A stretch of DNA of 64,000 nucleotides from Candidatus Latescibacterota bacterium (GTDB taxonomy: Bacteria; Latescibacterota; UBA2968; GCA-2709665), in assembly GCA_965219455.1 (NCBI GenBank), contig OZ244744.1:2976001-3040000 (forward strand), written 5' to 3'. Below are positions 41,260 through 51,678 of this stretch, piece by piece. Every line of letters begins with the position of its first letter. Within the stretch, counting starts at the first letter, position 1. Under the pieces are notes generated by a model. It saw nothing but the letters and a program-made list of their open reading frames with translations. It was not told the DNA's origin and made no database searches. The translations under genes were made by a program, and so were the position numbers.

Positions 41260-42105
41260 ATGTCCGCATTAAATGCGACAAGTGTTCCGACCGTTCCGTT
41301 CGGGCAATATCAGATCAGCCGGCTCATCATGGGCGACAATCCAATCTATGGATATTCACATTTTAACCAGTTACTCTCGGGACATCAGAAGGAAGCCAAC
41401 ACATCCGATCAGGTTATCGCGACCCTGCGCCGCGCAGAAGAAGTGGGTATAAACGCCTGGCAAAATTCCCTTACCGAACGATCGGCCGCCGATCTTCAGC
41501 GATACCGCGACGAGGGAGGTACGATTCATTACTTTTGTCTCAGCGGAGGTGGATACTGGTATGACGATCCCTCGCTGATCGACGAAGCCGCCAAACACAA
41601 TCCCATCGGTATGGCGCCCCACGGAAGTGGTGTTGCCGGGCGGTGTTTTCAGGAAAACCGCCTCGGACATCTTCGAGATATTCTCAAGCGCATTCGTAAC
41701 ACCGGTGTTATGGTGGGGTTGTCGGTTCACAATCCCCGTATCATCGATATTGCCGAAGAAGAAGACTGGGATATCGACTATTACATGACCGCGCTGTATT
41801 ATTTGCAGGGCGCACGGGAGGAATTCGAGCGAAAATTCGGCTATCCGCCACTTGGTGAAATCTATCTCCGCGAACATCGCGACCGTATGTGCCGGATTAT
41901 TCGCAGTACTGATAAGCCGTGTATTGCCTTCAAAGTTCTCGCGGCCGGACGCACTATTGGTTCCAAGAATCAAATTCGCGAAGAATTCGCCTTTACTCTC
42001 GCAAATATCAAAACCAACGATATTCTTCTGGTGGGGATGTATCAGAAATTCAGCGATCAACTTGGGGAAAATGCGGCGATGATAGCTGAATTGTGCCAGG
42101 AATAG
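41260..42105 (+). CDS. Aldo/keto reductase-like TIM-barrel protein
   Basis: ISRLIMGDNP, GLSVH, FKVLAAGR. Confidence 0.6.
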   Translation: MSALNATSVPTVPFGQYQISRLIMGDNPIYGYSHFNQLLSGHQKEANTSDQVIATLRRAEEVGINAWQNSLTERSAADLQRYRDEGGTIHYFCLSGGGYWYDDPSLIDEAAKHNPIGMAPHGSGVAGRCFQENRLGHLRDILKRIRNTGVMVGLSVHNPRIIDIAEEEDWDIDYYMTALYYLQGAREEFERKFGYPPLGEIYLREHRDRMCRIIRSTDKPCIAFKVLAAGRTIGSKNQIREEFAFTLANIKTNDILLVGMYQKFSDQLGENAAMIAELCQE

Positions 42106-42124
42106 TCGAGTTTGAATTGGCGGC

Positions 42125-42318
42125 AGGCTACCTGCGGGTGATGTTACGCAAAGGTTGACTGCGACCTGCATCTCGGACCGCACAACGCGAAAAGAAACTC
42201 GCTCAGGGCGCCGATCGTCGCCGCTTATATTGGCAAACACAATCCGAAATCACAACCTCGCAAACCTCGCACTTCTAAAACCACACCGATTGTCTCACTT
42301 TGAAATAGGCGAAACGCA
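42125..42318 (+). mobile_element. IS3-family remnant: orfB C-terminus plus right IR
   Basis: Reads AQREKKLAQGADRRRLYW; ends TTGTCTCACTTTGAAATAGGCGAAACGCA. Confidence 0.5.
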
Positions 42319-42354
42319 ATCCCCATTTCCATAACGCTTCAACGGTGATTTCCA

Positions 42355-43152
42355 ATGAACGTGCTTTACAAATACGTTTCCGCAGAACGTATTCTCACCT
42401 GTTTGCCTGATATAGGAAACGGGACATTGCGGGCAACACAGCCATCGTCTTTAAACGATCCGTTTGAATGCGCTGTAACGAGAAGATTCGTGGAAAAAAA
42501 CGAGAGCGATGGTAACAAAAAGCTATGCAGAGTACTCACTTGCATCAACGGCACCAGTCCGGTGAGCGAGTGCGATGTCATTGAAGCGAGAGACAGGTAC
42601 GGTAGCCTGTATCTCTGCGAGTTACTTTCAAGACAATTGTCTCAACGATTTGGCGTCGTTTCTCTTGCCACTAATCCTCGTCACCCTCTAATGTGGTCTC
42701 ACTATACTACTGACGGATCTGGATTTGCCATAGGGTATGATGTGGAACAGCTTAGGACGCTTGGAAGCAGAGAGGGATGTCTGCAACCTGTCCGATATGG
42801 TCGCAAGCCGATACCTATTTTGGATTATCCTGTGTTGAATGAAGAGAACATGAACTCCCTATTGTCATACAAGAGCGAACACTGGAGCTATGAAAAGGAG
42901 TGGCGACTGATCGTAGAGCTAGACGAAACAATCGGGACCGGACGTAAGGATCAACTCAATCAGCCAATAAACCTACTCCGCGTACCGAATACGGCAGTAA
43001 CGAGTGTGTACTACACGGAACGAACTCCGAACGAGACTGTAATTGAGATACGACGACGACTCGAAGACACGAATAATAGATATCAGACAGAACACTGCAC
43101 AAAGTTAGTTTTGTCAGAGAAGACGTTTGGGTACGAAGACGCTAAAGCTTAG
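42355..43152 (+). CDS. DUF2971 domain protein
   Basis: LNDPFE, LMWSHY...GFAIGYD, KSEHWSYEKEWR. Confidence 0.8.
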   Translation: MNVLYKYVSAERILTCLPDIGNGTLRATQPSSLNDPFECAVTRRFVEKNESDGNKKLCRVLTCINGTSPVSECDVIEARDRYGSLYLCELLSRQLSQRFGVVSLATNPRHPLMWSHYTTDGSGFAIGYDVEQLRTLGSREGCLQPVRYGRKPIPILDYPVLNEENMNSLLSYKSEHWSYEKEWRLIVELDETIGTGRKDQLNQPINLLRVPNTAVTSVYYTERTPNETVIEIRRRLEDTNNRYQTEHCTKLVLSEKTFGYEDAKA

Positions 43153-43289
43153 CCACCCGCGTACATTTGGAAGAGGAAGCTGTATAGCGTACAATAACCA
43201 CGAGGAGTCCGTAGCAGATTCGCTGCCACCGGATCGGATTAATTGTCTTCTTGGTGATCCTAAAGGACACTCTCTCTTCATCGTCAATT

Positions 43290-43603
43290 TTCGAAATTGA
43301 CTCTATGACCAGAGCCGATTTTTTGCTTCAAATTCTCCATCTTCAACTCGGCTAACGCACGCCGTGATTTCTACAGTTCCGCACGAAGCAAGGCATCTGG
43401 ATCCGCCTTCCTCTTGCGGGACTTGGCGCTCAACGCGTCCAGGGCACCCCTCTTCGCCTGCGCCTCCCAGACACAAAACAGACTGGAATCGATCTGATAA
43501 CGACGACACACTTCGCTGGCCGTTAGATAGGCGTGTTGGGCTTTTTCCAGGATGCGTAGCTTGTCTTCCGCTATTTGTCTCATTTTCATTTGTGCGAAAT
43601 ATC
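43290..43603 (-). pseudogene. IS3-family orfA (HTH) transposase pseudogene with left IR
   Basis: AEDKLRILEKA...SEVCRRYQI...W; in-frame TAG then KSRRALAELKMENL; IR-like 43575-43603. Confidence 0.65.
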
Positions 43604-43836
43604 GTTTTTGATACGATTTACGATAGATCTCTAGTTGCAGCGTAGTACTGTCAATTTGGCCAGGAAATACACAAAATTGCACATCGTATTGAATGTCAAG
43701 CCCATTGTGACTATAATAGAGAAGGAGTCATCACAATGGGATTTGCATTGCTGCGTGGATGCGTAGATGATCGGCGGGTCTGTCCGAAATTCTTGATGCA
43801 ACCGGCTATCTGGAGAATCGTGAAGCGGCTCATAGT

Positions 43837-44190
43837 GTGTATCTGGTACAAGATGCCCGTTTAATGTCTATGTCCGAGAGTTTGCCCCGGACGCTCGACT
43901 TCTCAGTTATTCTGGCTGTTAGAGTTCCGGGATCAAGCCAACTCTTTCGCCTCCGGCGCTACAACGGCAAAAGCCAGGAACATTCGAACCGCATCGAAGG
44001 CGTGAAGTTCTATGATTTTCATATTCACGTTGCGACGGAGCGGTATCAGGAATTCGGAACCAGGGAGGATGCCTACGCCGAGCCTACAGACCGTTACGGA
44101 GACTTTCATGGCGCCCTTCGCTGTCTGATTGACGATGCGAATCTTGAGATACCGCCGGAGCCGCAGGGGGATCTATTTGAGGAGGGATAA
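43837..44190 (+). CDS. Hypothetical protein (DUF6978-like partner of DUF1828), probably N-terminally truncated
   Basis: LDFSVIL...LRRYNGKS.EH.N...FHIH.ATERYQ; 3 nt upstream of the DUF1828 gene. Confidence 0.5.
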   Translation: MYLVQDARLMSMSESLPRTLDFSVILAVRVPGSSQLFRLRRYNGKSQEHSNRIEGVKFYDFHIHVATERYQEFGTREDAYAEPTDRYGDFHGALRCLIDDANLEIPPEPQGDLFEEG

Positions 44191-44193
44191 ACA

Positions 44194-44970
44194 ATGTCCG
44201 TCCAGGCCATTGAGAGAGATTTTCACAAGAAAGTTTCGTCGAAAATTCGGCTTGCAGCCGAGGGCATGGAACGGTTCCGCGTGTTCACTCCATTTCAGTT
44301 CGACGATGGTGATCACCTGGGCATCGTTCTAAGGAAGGACGGAGCGCGTTGGGTGCTTTCCGATGAGGCGCATACGTACATGCATCTGACTTACGATATC
44401 GATGAGAAGGATCTTCATGGCGGCACGCGTCAGAAGATCATCTCCAATGCATTGTCCATGTTTCAGATCGAGGACCGCGATGGAGAGTTAGTACTCGACG
44501 TGCCAGAGGAACGTTACGGTGATGCACTGTATTCGTTCGTTCAGGGGTTACTTAAAATATCAGACGTATCGTATCTGTCGCGGGAGCGCGTACGGTCCAC
44601 CTTCATGGATGATTTTCGTACGGTGATGAGTGAGGCAGTTCCGGAAGAGCGCAGGAGATTTGACTGGAGCGATCCCGAACATGATCCTCAAGGGATGTAC
44701 ACCGTGGATTGTCGAGTAAACGGTTTGCACCGGCCCTTGTTCGTTCATGCACTTTCTAGTGACGGCAGGACCCGCGACGCTACAATCGCGCTTCTCCAAT
44801 TCGAACGGTGGGAGATCCCGTTTCGTTCACTTGCCGTTTTCGAAGACCAGGAGTCGATCAATCGGAAGGTGTTGGCCCGCTTCAGCGACGTCTGCGAGAA
44901 GCAATTCTCCAGTCTTACTGCAAACCAGGAGAGGATAATGCGCTTTCTGAAAGAGAGCGTCCCTGGATAA
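44194..44970 (+). CDS. DUF1828/DUF1829 domain protein
   Basis: [11 protein letters not shown]...WVLSDEAHT; [10 protein letters not shown]; YTVDCRVN. Confidence 0.7.
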   Translation: MSVQAIERDFHKKVSSKIRLAAEGMERFRVFTPFQFDDGDHLGIVLRKDGARWVLSDEAHTYMHLTYDIDEKDLHGGTRQKIISNALSMFQIEDRDGELVLDVPEERYGDALYSFVQGLLKISDVSYLSRERVRSTFMDDFRTVMSEAVPEERRRFDWSDPEHDPQGMYTVDCRVNGLHRPLFVHALSSDGRTRDATIALLQFERWEIPFRSLAVFEDQESINRKVLARFSDVCEKQFSSLTANQERIMRFLKESVPG

Positions 44971-44990
44971 ACCATAACTTCGGAAAAACT

Positions 44991-45113
44991 GACGACATCG
45001 CCGTGCTGGAGCTGTGCCGGGACAAGACCAGTGCCGTCAAGCAAGGCATGATGCAGCAGCTTCTCACCGGCCGGGTAAGGCTGGTCGAGCCAGAAAGTAT
45101 CGAAGATGCCTAA
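44991..45113 (+). pseudogene. hsdS: Type I RM specificity subunit, C-terminal remnant
   Basis: DDIAVLELCRDKTSAVKQGMMQQLLTGRVRLV matches the conserved HsdS C-terminal helix. Confidence 0.75.
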
Positions 45114-46314
45114 CATAGAGCAGGATATCCGTAGCTGGCTTCACCAGCAACAGGATTGGATACAGGAAGCGGTGGAGAAACTGCTCGCGTCGGGTAGCTT
45201 GGCGGATAGTGATATCCAGGCCATCGCCGAGCGTCTCAAGACCCCAGATGGGCAGCAGTTAACCACCCATCGCACTTTCGACGGAATTGGAAATACATCC
45301 GCATCCTCCGCCGAGGTTCACCTCCTGTCAATCGGCGATATCTGTGGCATTGAGAATCTATGTCCGCACAGTCCCCTTACCTTCGGAACCGGAAATCTTG
45401 CCGTGATCTATGGACCCAACGGTTCGGGAAAATCCGGTTACACCCGCATCCTCAAGCGAGCGTGCGGAAAGCCCCGCGCGTCGGATCTTAAGCCCAACGT
45501 ATTTCAAGCTCCGCCAGCGACACGGCAGTGCAGGATCAAGTACACACTGGCAGAAAAGGCCCAGACGGTTACATGGCATCCGGACGGCGCACCGGTCGAC
45601 GACATCAGAGCTGTTGACATTTTTGACGTGGATGCCGCCTCCTTCTATCTCAGCAAAGAGTCTGAAGTCTCCTACACACCTCCGGCGGTCATCTTGTTCA
45701 AGGCGTTGGCGGACGCATGCGACCGGGTCAAAAAGACACTTCAAGAAGAGAAGGATCGTCTGGTCAGTACACTGCCCACTCTGCCGCCAGGATATGACGG
45801 CACCGAGGCTGGAAACGTCTATACCACGTTGAACCCCGATCTCAGCGAGCAAGATATCCAGCGCCTAGCGGACTGGGGGAAGGATAACGAAGAGGAACTC
45901 GAGAAATTGACAGAACGCCTCAGTGCGGACGACCCGGCAAAGCTGGCGGATTTGAAGCGCAACACAAAGTGGCAACTCGACCAACTCGGAGTGCAGATGA
46001 GAAACGCCGCGATCGTCGCTGGCACGCAACAGGTGGAAGCCCTCCGGAATGCTTGTTTAAAGGCACATCAGAAACGAAAGATTGCTACTGAGGCCGCCCA
46101 ATTAGATAGCGCCAAGCTCAACGGTATCGGGACGGAAACATGGAACGCACTATGGAAGGCGGCACGCGATTATTCGCAAACAGCCTACCCAGGACGAGAC
46201 TATCCCGTTACGGAGGGCGGCGCACGGTGCGTTTTGTGTCATCAAGAATTGGCTCAAGAGGCACAGAAACCCTCTGTGCCTATATTAGTGAGACAGTTTC
46301 CCTTTATAAATTAA
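45106..46314 (+). pseudogene. SMC/Rad50-like AAA ATPase, C-terminally truncated
   Basis: YGPNGSGKSG Walker A, coiled coil, zinc-hook-like CVLC. No Walker B half; broken at an IS-like end near 46275. Confidence 0.7.
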
Positions 46315-46344
46315 GCAACCATGAAGAGGGCGAAGGAGCGCCGA

Positions 46345-47198
46345 ACGATGAGGGAGCGACGCTATTCCCCCTCTTTATCGATTACGGACAACTCGGAGCG
46401 AACAAGGAATGGGTCGCCTGTCAGAGACTTCACGAACAATTCCGATCGCCACCGGTGACATACATGGATTTGTCCGGTTTCGGGAAGACTATCCCAAGTG
46501 GACTTACCGACAGTAATCTGCGAGTCAACGAGGACGCCTTCTTACCGGGCCGTAATTTGCTTTTTGTACTGGCAGGAGCTGCACACGCCGTCACGGTTCG
46601 CGCAAATAGTGTCGCGATTGGTTTACTCAATCCCGCTGACCACTTATTCCCGGACCAGACCGAAGAATTCGTTGCAGAATGTGAGAGAATGATCGAGATG
46701 GCGATGGGCAGACGGATTGTTGTTCTGATGCCGTTAATTGAGTTCTCGAAGCGAGACGTAATGGTAATGGCGCGCGTTCGAGGAATCGAACATCCATATT
46801 CTTGCCATTCCGGAGGTGACGAGCCGTGCGGTGTGTGTATAGCATGCGATGAGATTTCTAATGCCAAGAACGAAAACAGCAACATTGAGTTCAACGACTG
46901 GTCACTGAAAAAGCCGTTCAATAGTGAAGAAGCCAATTACATTAAACGGGGTATCCGGGAGCGTATTCGTCAATCTTCCACTACCATCGTGTATTTGTCA
47001 AACAACACCGCCGGTAGCGAATGGGTGAACTGGGAAATACAAGAAAGCGTTGCCATGGGAAAGGGTGTTGTCGGCATGCACAAAGGCAACTCACCGCCAC
47101 GACGGCTTCCGAAAGCCATAGCGGACAACAAGATTCCGGTTGTACCATGGAACCAGGAGCAGTTGGCAAGAGCAATCGAGAATGAGCAAAGTCGATAA
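46345..47198 (+). pseudogene. In-frame QueC-like / ThsB-like TIR chimera lacking the QueC N-terminus
   Basis: PLFIDYGQ, FLPGRN, FPDQ, YSCH...CGVCIAC (QueC) continue in frame into NDWSLK...IRQSSTTIV...SEWVNWEI (TIR, DUF1863-like). SGGxDS motif absent. Confidence 0.7.
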
Positions 47199-47287
47199 GA
47201 CGCGCTAACAAGCGGATGTAAACAGAGGGGTGTAGGTGTCACAGTCGAACCGAGTTGCGCATTTGCTACGAACTGGAGGTAAGGAAA

Positions 47288-47530
47288 ATGGGTAATGTGA
47301 TGATACGTGACATCAGTAATGACATAGAGCAGCGTCTGCGCATCCGGGCGGCAAAGCACGGCCACACCATTGAGGAGGAAGTGCGGGCGATCTTGCGTAC
47401 AGCGCTTACCGAGTACCCGCTACCCACCGATCTCGCTAGCGCTATACATAACCGATTCTCGCCAATGGGTGGCGTGGAATTGAACATTCCTTCTCGTGAA
47501 CCGATGCGCGATCCACCCCCATTCGATTGA
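47288..47530 (+). CDS. FitA/StbC-like ribbon-helix-helix antitoxin
   Basis: IRDI...LRIRAAKHG.TIEEEVRAIL; upstream of the PIN toxin. Confidence 0.85.
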   Translation: MGNVMIRDISNDIEQRLRIRAAKHGHTIEEEVRAILRTALTEYPLPTDLASAIHNRFSPMGGVELNIPSREPMRDPPPFD

Positions 47531-47540
47531 GCTAAACTTG

Positions 47541-47993
47541 ATGATCTTACTCGACACGAATGTTGTATCGGAGTTGATGCGTCACAAGCCTGATCCCGGT
47601 GTAACTACGTGGCTCGCGAATCAAGCCAGTGCGGATGTTTTCATCTCGGTGATCACCGAGGCGGAGTTGAGGTACGGCGTCGCTATCCTGCCGGCGGGGC
47701 GGCGCCAGTATGAGATCGCCGCCGAAGTCGAAAATATGCTTCAGGAAGACTTCGCGCAACGTATCCTGCCCTTTGATAGTGAGGCGGCGCGCACCTACGC
47801 AGAAATTGGAGCACGTCGCCGTGACGCTGGTCTGCCAATCAGCCACGCGGACTGCCAAATTGCAGCTATTGCCCGTTGTTGCGGGGCAGCCATTGCGACT
47901 CGAAATGTCGGTCACTTCGAGCAATGCGGAATTGAGGTAATCAACCCCTGGAACGCAGTTGTGGATCTGAAACCAGGTAGTACGGAGACATGA
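47541..47993 (+). CDS. vapC: VapC/FitB PIN-domain toxin
   Basis: LLDTNVVSE, EL..G, DCQIAAIA, ATRN..HF. Confidence 0.92.
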   Translation: MILLDTNVVSELMRHKPDPGVTTWLANQASADVFISVITEAELRYGVAILPAGRRQYEIAAEVENMLQEDFAQRILPFDSEAARTYAEIGARRRDAGLPISHADCQIAAIARCCGAAIATRNVGHFEQCGIEVINPWNAVVDLKPGSTET

Positions 47994-48257
47994 ACAGAGT
48001 CGGCCAAAAGGAAATCCTTACACAGCGACGGGTGATCGCCTTTTTCCGGGATTCGCTTGGGTACTCCTCTCGGCAACTGTCATGATCGTGCGGAAAACGT
48101 AAATATCGAGGAAGGGCTGCTCACCGACTGGCTGAAGCGCAATGGGCAGGGCGACAGGGTTAAAGACAAGGTATTACGCGAACTGGACGAGGCAGCGTCG
48201 CTCGGCGGCAGCAAGATGCTTACGCCGCTGACTGAATGCCTCTGCTATTTCAACTAA
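47990..48257 (+). pseudogene. hsdR: Type I RM restriction subunit N-terminal remnant (frameshifted, truncated)
   Basis: MNRVGQKEILTQRRVIAFFRDSLGY / LGNCHDRAENVNIEEGLLTDWLKR...LGGSK. Confidence 0.7.
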
Positions 48258-48335
48258 AAACAGTACTTGCTCATCACGCCATCCGAAGTGTCAGGAAAGC
48301 GGACTGGCGTGATAACAGAATTGTAAAGGCGCAGA

Positions 48336-49067
48336 GTGAATAATGGGCGGGAAAATTACAGCATTGAGGTACGAGGCACTGCGGTAGACGTGGTGCGCAA
48401 GAACATTAAAAACCTCTACATAAGGGTTTACCCGCCGAACGGTCGGGTACGGGTGGCCGCTCCGCTCCGTCTTGATAATGACGCGGTGCGAATGGCTGTC
48501 ATTTCCCGCCTCGGCTGGATTCGACGCCAGAGGGCGAAATTCCAGCAACAGGAACGGCAGTCGCGGCGGGAATTCGTGACAGGTGAAAGCCACTTTTTCG
48601 AGGGCGGGCGCTACCGGCTCGACGTGACGGAACGGGACGGTCCACCTGCGGTCCGTCTCCTCAATAATTCTACCCTGGCGATGTGCGTTCGACCGGGCGC
48701 CGACCGGAATATCAGAGAGGCCGTACTGGACCGATGGTACCGACGTCATCTCCGTGATCGGCTGCCGGTGCTTGTTGCGAAATGGGAGCCCGAAATGGGT
48801 GTGCGGGTCAATGAAGTTCGCATCAGAAAGATGAAGACCCGCTGGGGAACGTGCAACCCGGTTGCCCGCCGAATCTGGCTGAATCTCGAACTGGCGAAAA
48901 AGCCGTCATCGTGTCTTGAATACGTCGTTGTACATGAAATGGCCCACTTGATCGAGCGCCGTCACAACGATCGCTTCTGGAAGCTCATGGACAGGTTCAT
49001 GCCATTGTGGCGCTATTATCGGGATGAACTCAACCGTGCGCCGCTGGCACACGCAGACTGGCGGTAA
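48336..49067 (+). CDS. ygjP: YgjP/SprT-like (DUF45, M48) zinc metallopeptidase
   Basis: MKTRWGTC, YVVVHEMAH...HNDRFW; family typically follows hsdR. Confidence 0.88.
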   Translation: MNNGRENYSIEVRGTAVDVVRKNIKNLYIRVYPPNGRVRVAAPLRLDNDAVRMAVISRLGWIRRQRAKFQQQERQSRREFVTGESHFFEGGRYRLDVTERDGPPAVRLLNNSTLAMCVRPGADRNIREAVLDRWYRRHLRDRLPVLVAKWEPEMGVRVNEVRIRKMKTRWGTCNPVARRIWLNLELAKKPSSCLEYVVVHEMAHLIERRHNDRFWKLMDRFMPLWRYYRDELNRAPLAHADWR

Positions 49068-49397
49068 TGAAAGTGGCTGCTCGGTTGAGACAGCGTATCC
49101 TCCGGGCGCCGTCGCTTCGAACACGGTTTTAATGTATGCGGGGTTGTTCTTACCCAAAATTCCTTTATAAGAGTCAATACGGAGTTATGGGTATCGTCAC
49201 GTGCGTCATTGTTTCGCATTTGTCAACCGGAGAGCGAAAACGCGGCATCGATTCAGCCTGGCCGAAGACGCGCTCAGTGAGGTTGTCGATAGGGCGGCGG
49301 GCCGAAAGGGAACGACTGCCGGTACTCAGCTGTCCCGTCTCCGTGGAACGAGTCTGGTTTCTTAAGGTCCCGGCCGGTCTCAGCCAGGGGCGGTTTC

Positions 49398-50243
49398 CTA
49401 TCCTCGCGAATCCAGATTTCTCTTGTAGTCCTCCAACAGAGCCGCGGCTCCCGCCCGGATGATCCCCAATTCCGATTCGGCTTCGAAGAAGGTGGCTCCC
49501 TTCCGGGCCCACGCGCCCGCGGCGGCGCCACTCGAGGGCATGGTGCCGAAGGCCACGCCGTACTTTTCGCAGAGATTCAAAGCCGCATCCATCGGACCCC
49601 GTACCTCAGGGTGATCAGGGTCGCCGGGGTGTCCGAACTCAATAGAGGTGTCGCCGGGTCCCACGAAGCACATGTCGACCCCGGGCAGGCTCAGAATCTC
49701 CTCAGCGTTCCGGTAGCCCCTCACCGTTTCCAGGTGTACCACCAGCGTGGTCTCCTGGTCCTGTTCGTCCATCCAGCCCTTCCAGTTCGTGACTGCCCTG
49801 TAGTCGCTGTTTCCCCAACCCGGCGCCACGGCCCGGGATCCCGCCGGGGGAAATTTCAGGTAGCTCAGCAGGCGCTGAACCTGCTCCCGGGTTTCCGTTC
49901 TGGGAAGCTGAATTCCCACCACTCCTGCTTCCAGCAACTTCGAGACCTCCTGGCGTTCCAGTTGGGGCGTCTTGGCGATGACGGGCAAACCGTTGTCGCG
50001 GGCGGAGAGGATAGTGTCGGCCAGGTCCTGCAGGTCGAAGAAGCTGTGCTCGTACTCGATGTAGACGAAGTCGAAACCGGCGTGCTGGAACAACTTGATG
50101 AGGGAAGGATGGGCATACGCTTCCAGCGTCGCGCCGATCAACACGTCCCGTCGCTTGAGCCGGGCTTTGAGATGCCGGCCTGGACCTCCCTCCGGGTACC
50201 AGGGATTCTCGATTCCAATACTGTTTTTGGGAAGTTGGGGCAT
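49398..50243 (-). CDS. HpcH/HpaI aldolase family protein
   Basis: GFDFVYIEYEH, LEAG..GIQLP, VHLET, FVGPGD; start MPQLP. Confidence 0.85.
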   Translation of the reverse strand: MPQLPKNSIGIENPWYPEGGPGRHLKARLKRRDVLIGATLEAYAHPSLIKLFQHAGFDFVYIEYEHSFFDLQDLADTILSARDNGLPVIAKTPQLERQEVSKLLEAGVVGIQLPRTETREQVQRLLSYLKFPPAGSRAVAPGWGNSDYRAVTNWKGWMDEQDQETTLVVHLETVRGYRNAEEILSLPGVDMCFVGPGDTSIEFGHPGDPDHPEVRGPMDAALNLCEKYGVAFGTMPSSGAAAGAWARKGATFFEAESELGIIRAGAAALLEDYKRNLDSRG

Positions 50244-50355
50244 AGGGCCTCCTTGTGTTCTGTCCCGGAAATAGATTGCCGAATTGGGTTCGGTGGAGGA
50301 CGCATTCACGGTCAGGTCGGTTTCCGGGCAGACCCGGGCTGACGGCGCCATCGAT

Positions 50356-51042
50356 TCAAATGGGGATCCTGGAAAGCGAAATATGGCCATTGAAACAGGC
50401 GTCAATGTCGCTTCCGGGTTGTCGCGGACGCTCCTGGTAGATGCCAGTGTATAGAAAATCGTCGCCGGTTTGCGTGAACGTGTTCAGGTGAGGACTCGTG
50501 TCCACGGGAGTTTGTCTTGTTTCCAGGCGAACCCTGTCGTGTTCAGGATGGGGCAGATTCACGTTGAGAAAACAGCCCACTTCAAGCGTCTCGCCCAGTA
50601 CTCTGTCCAGGACCGGTTGGAGCCGTTCGGCCGCAAGGCGCCAGTCGATCGACCGGTCCTTCACTGTATAGTGTGACATGGCGATGGCCTTACACCCGTG
50701 AATGGCCGCCTCCCGGGCTGCGGCTACGGTCCCGGATTCGTAGATATCCACCCCAAGATTGCCTCCGTCATTGATCCCGGAGAGTACCCAGTCGCCGTCG
50801 GATGCCAGACGACTCAGGGCCAGACGCGTACAGTCGGCAGGCGTACCCCAGACCCTGAACCGTTCTGCCTTCAGTTTATCCACCCGAAGGGGCTCATCGG
50901 TTGTCAATCTATGTCCGACACCCGACTGAGGCTCCGCGGGTGCGACAACCACGACATCACCCCACTGTGACGCCAGTCGAACCAGCGTATTTATGCCATC
51001 TGCTTCTATGCCGTCGTCGTTCGAGACGATCAGTTTCACCAT
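50356..51042 (-). CDS. surE: 5'/3'-nucleotidase SurE
   Basis: SNDDG, QSGVGH, GTPADC, SGINDGGNLG..SGTVAAA. Confidence 0.93.
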   Translation of the reverse strand: MVKLIVSNDDGIEADGINTLVRLASQWGDVVVVAPAEPQSGVGHRLTTDEPLRVDKLKAERFRVWGTPADCTRLALSRLASDGDWVLSGINDGGNLGVDIYESGTVAAAREAAIHGCKAIAMSHYTVKDRSIDWRLAAERLQPVLDRVLGETLEVGCFLNVNLPHPEHDRVRLETRQTPVDTSPHLNTFTQTGDDFLYTGIYQERPRQPGSDIDACFNGHISLSRIPI

Positions 51043-51060
51043 GCACTCTCGGTCAGAAAC

Positions 51061-51678
51061 TCATTGCGAAGTCGCCTGAGGCACACGGGAATCGTCCTGA
51101 TCCACGAGGCGTAGCGATTTTTTCAACAGGCGGCCCCAGTTATTGTCATACGGATGGACGACCCGCACCCGTTCCTTTCCCCGGTAGACAGGCCGCTCTT
51201 CGTTAGCCCATGCGAATATCGAACCCTCCAGGTTGTAGACCTTCGTAAAGCCTCGCTTCATCAGAAACCCGGCAAGGTCCGACGAGCGGTACCCCACGGA
51301 ACAGTACAACACGATGCGCAGGTTCGGTGATACGTTCTGAAGCGCCTTCAGCGCCTCGTCTCTTGAAGGGACCGGCAGGGCGCCGGGCAGATGGCTGACC
51401 GCATATTCCTGGGGCTCTCGTACATCGAACAGCAGGAGGTTTTCACCTTTCGGAGATTCACTGAGCCATGACTGCAGCGTATCGGTCGAGATATGCGCGA
51501 CTGCCGGAAATCTGGCGCGAATCAATTTGAGCGTTTCGCGCCAGCGCCCGGTGATATCCTCGCCTTCTGCCTGCGCCTGGGCACAGGATGGCGCTAATGC
51601 GATGACGCCGAGACATATCGACAGTCCCACGGTTAATAAGAGAAAGGTCCGGAATCGGCAATGGTCGAGTCGGCGCAT
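51061..51678 (-). CDS. Exported rhodanese-like domain protein
   Basis: Signal-like N-terminus; DVRE..EY.VSHLPGA, YCSVGYRS. Confidence 0.85.
   Translation of the reverse strand: MRRLDHCRFRTFLLLTVGLSICLGVIALAPSCAQAQAEGEDITGRWRETLKLIRARFPAVAHISTDTLQSWLSESPKGENLLLFDVREPQEYAVSHLPGALPVPSRDEALKALQNVSPNLRIVLYCSVGYRSSDLAGFLMKRGFTKVYNLEGSIFAWANEERPVYRGKERVRVVHPYDNNWGRLLKKSLRLVDQDDSRVPQATSQ

Noticed and set aside
43689-43864. TTGAAT-N17-TATAAT promoter, RBS and 42-aa ORF within a CCCATTGTGA/TCACAATGGG inverted repeat
   Set aside because: Peptide unrecognisable; probably a decayed IS end, too weak to call
46140-46344. N-terminal part of the 352-aa ORF as the true start of QueC-TIR
   Set aside because: It is an off-frame read of the AAA gene plus an IS-like end, not QueC sequence
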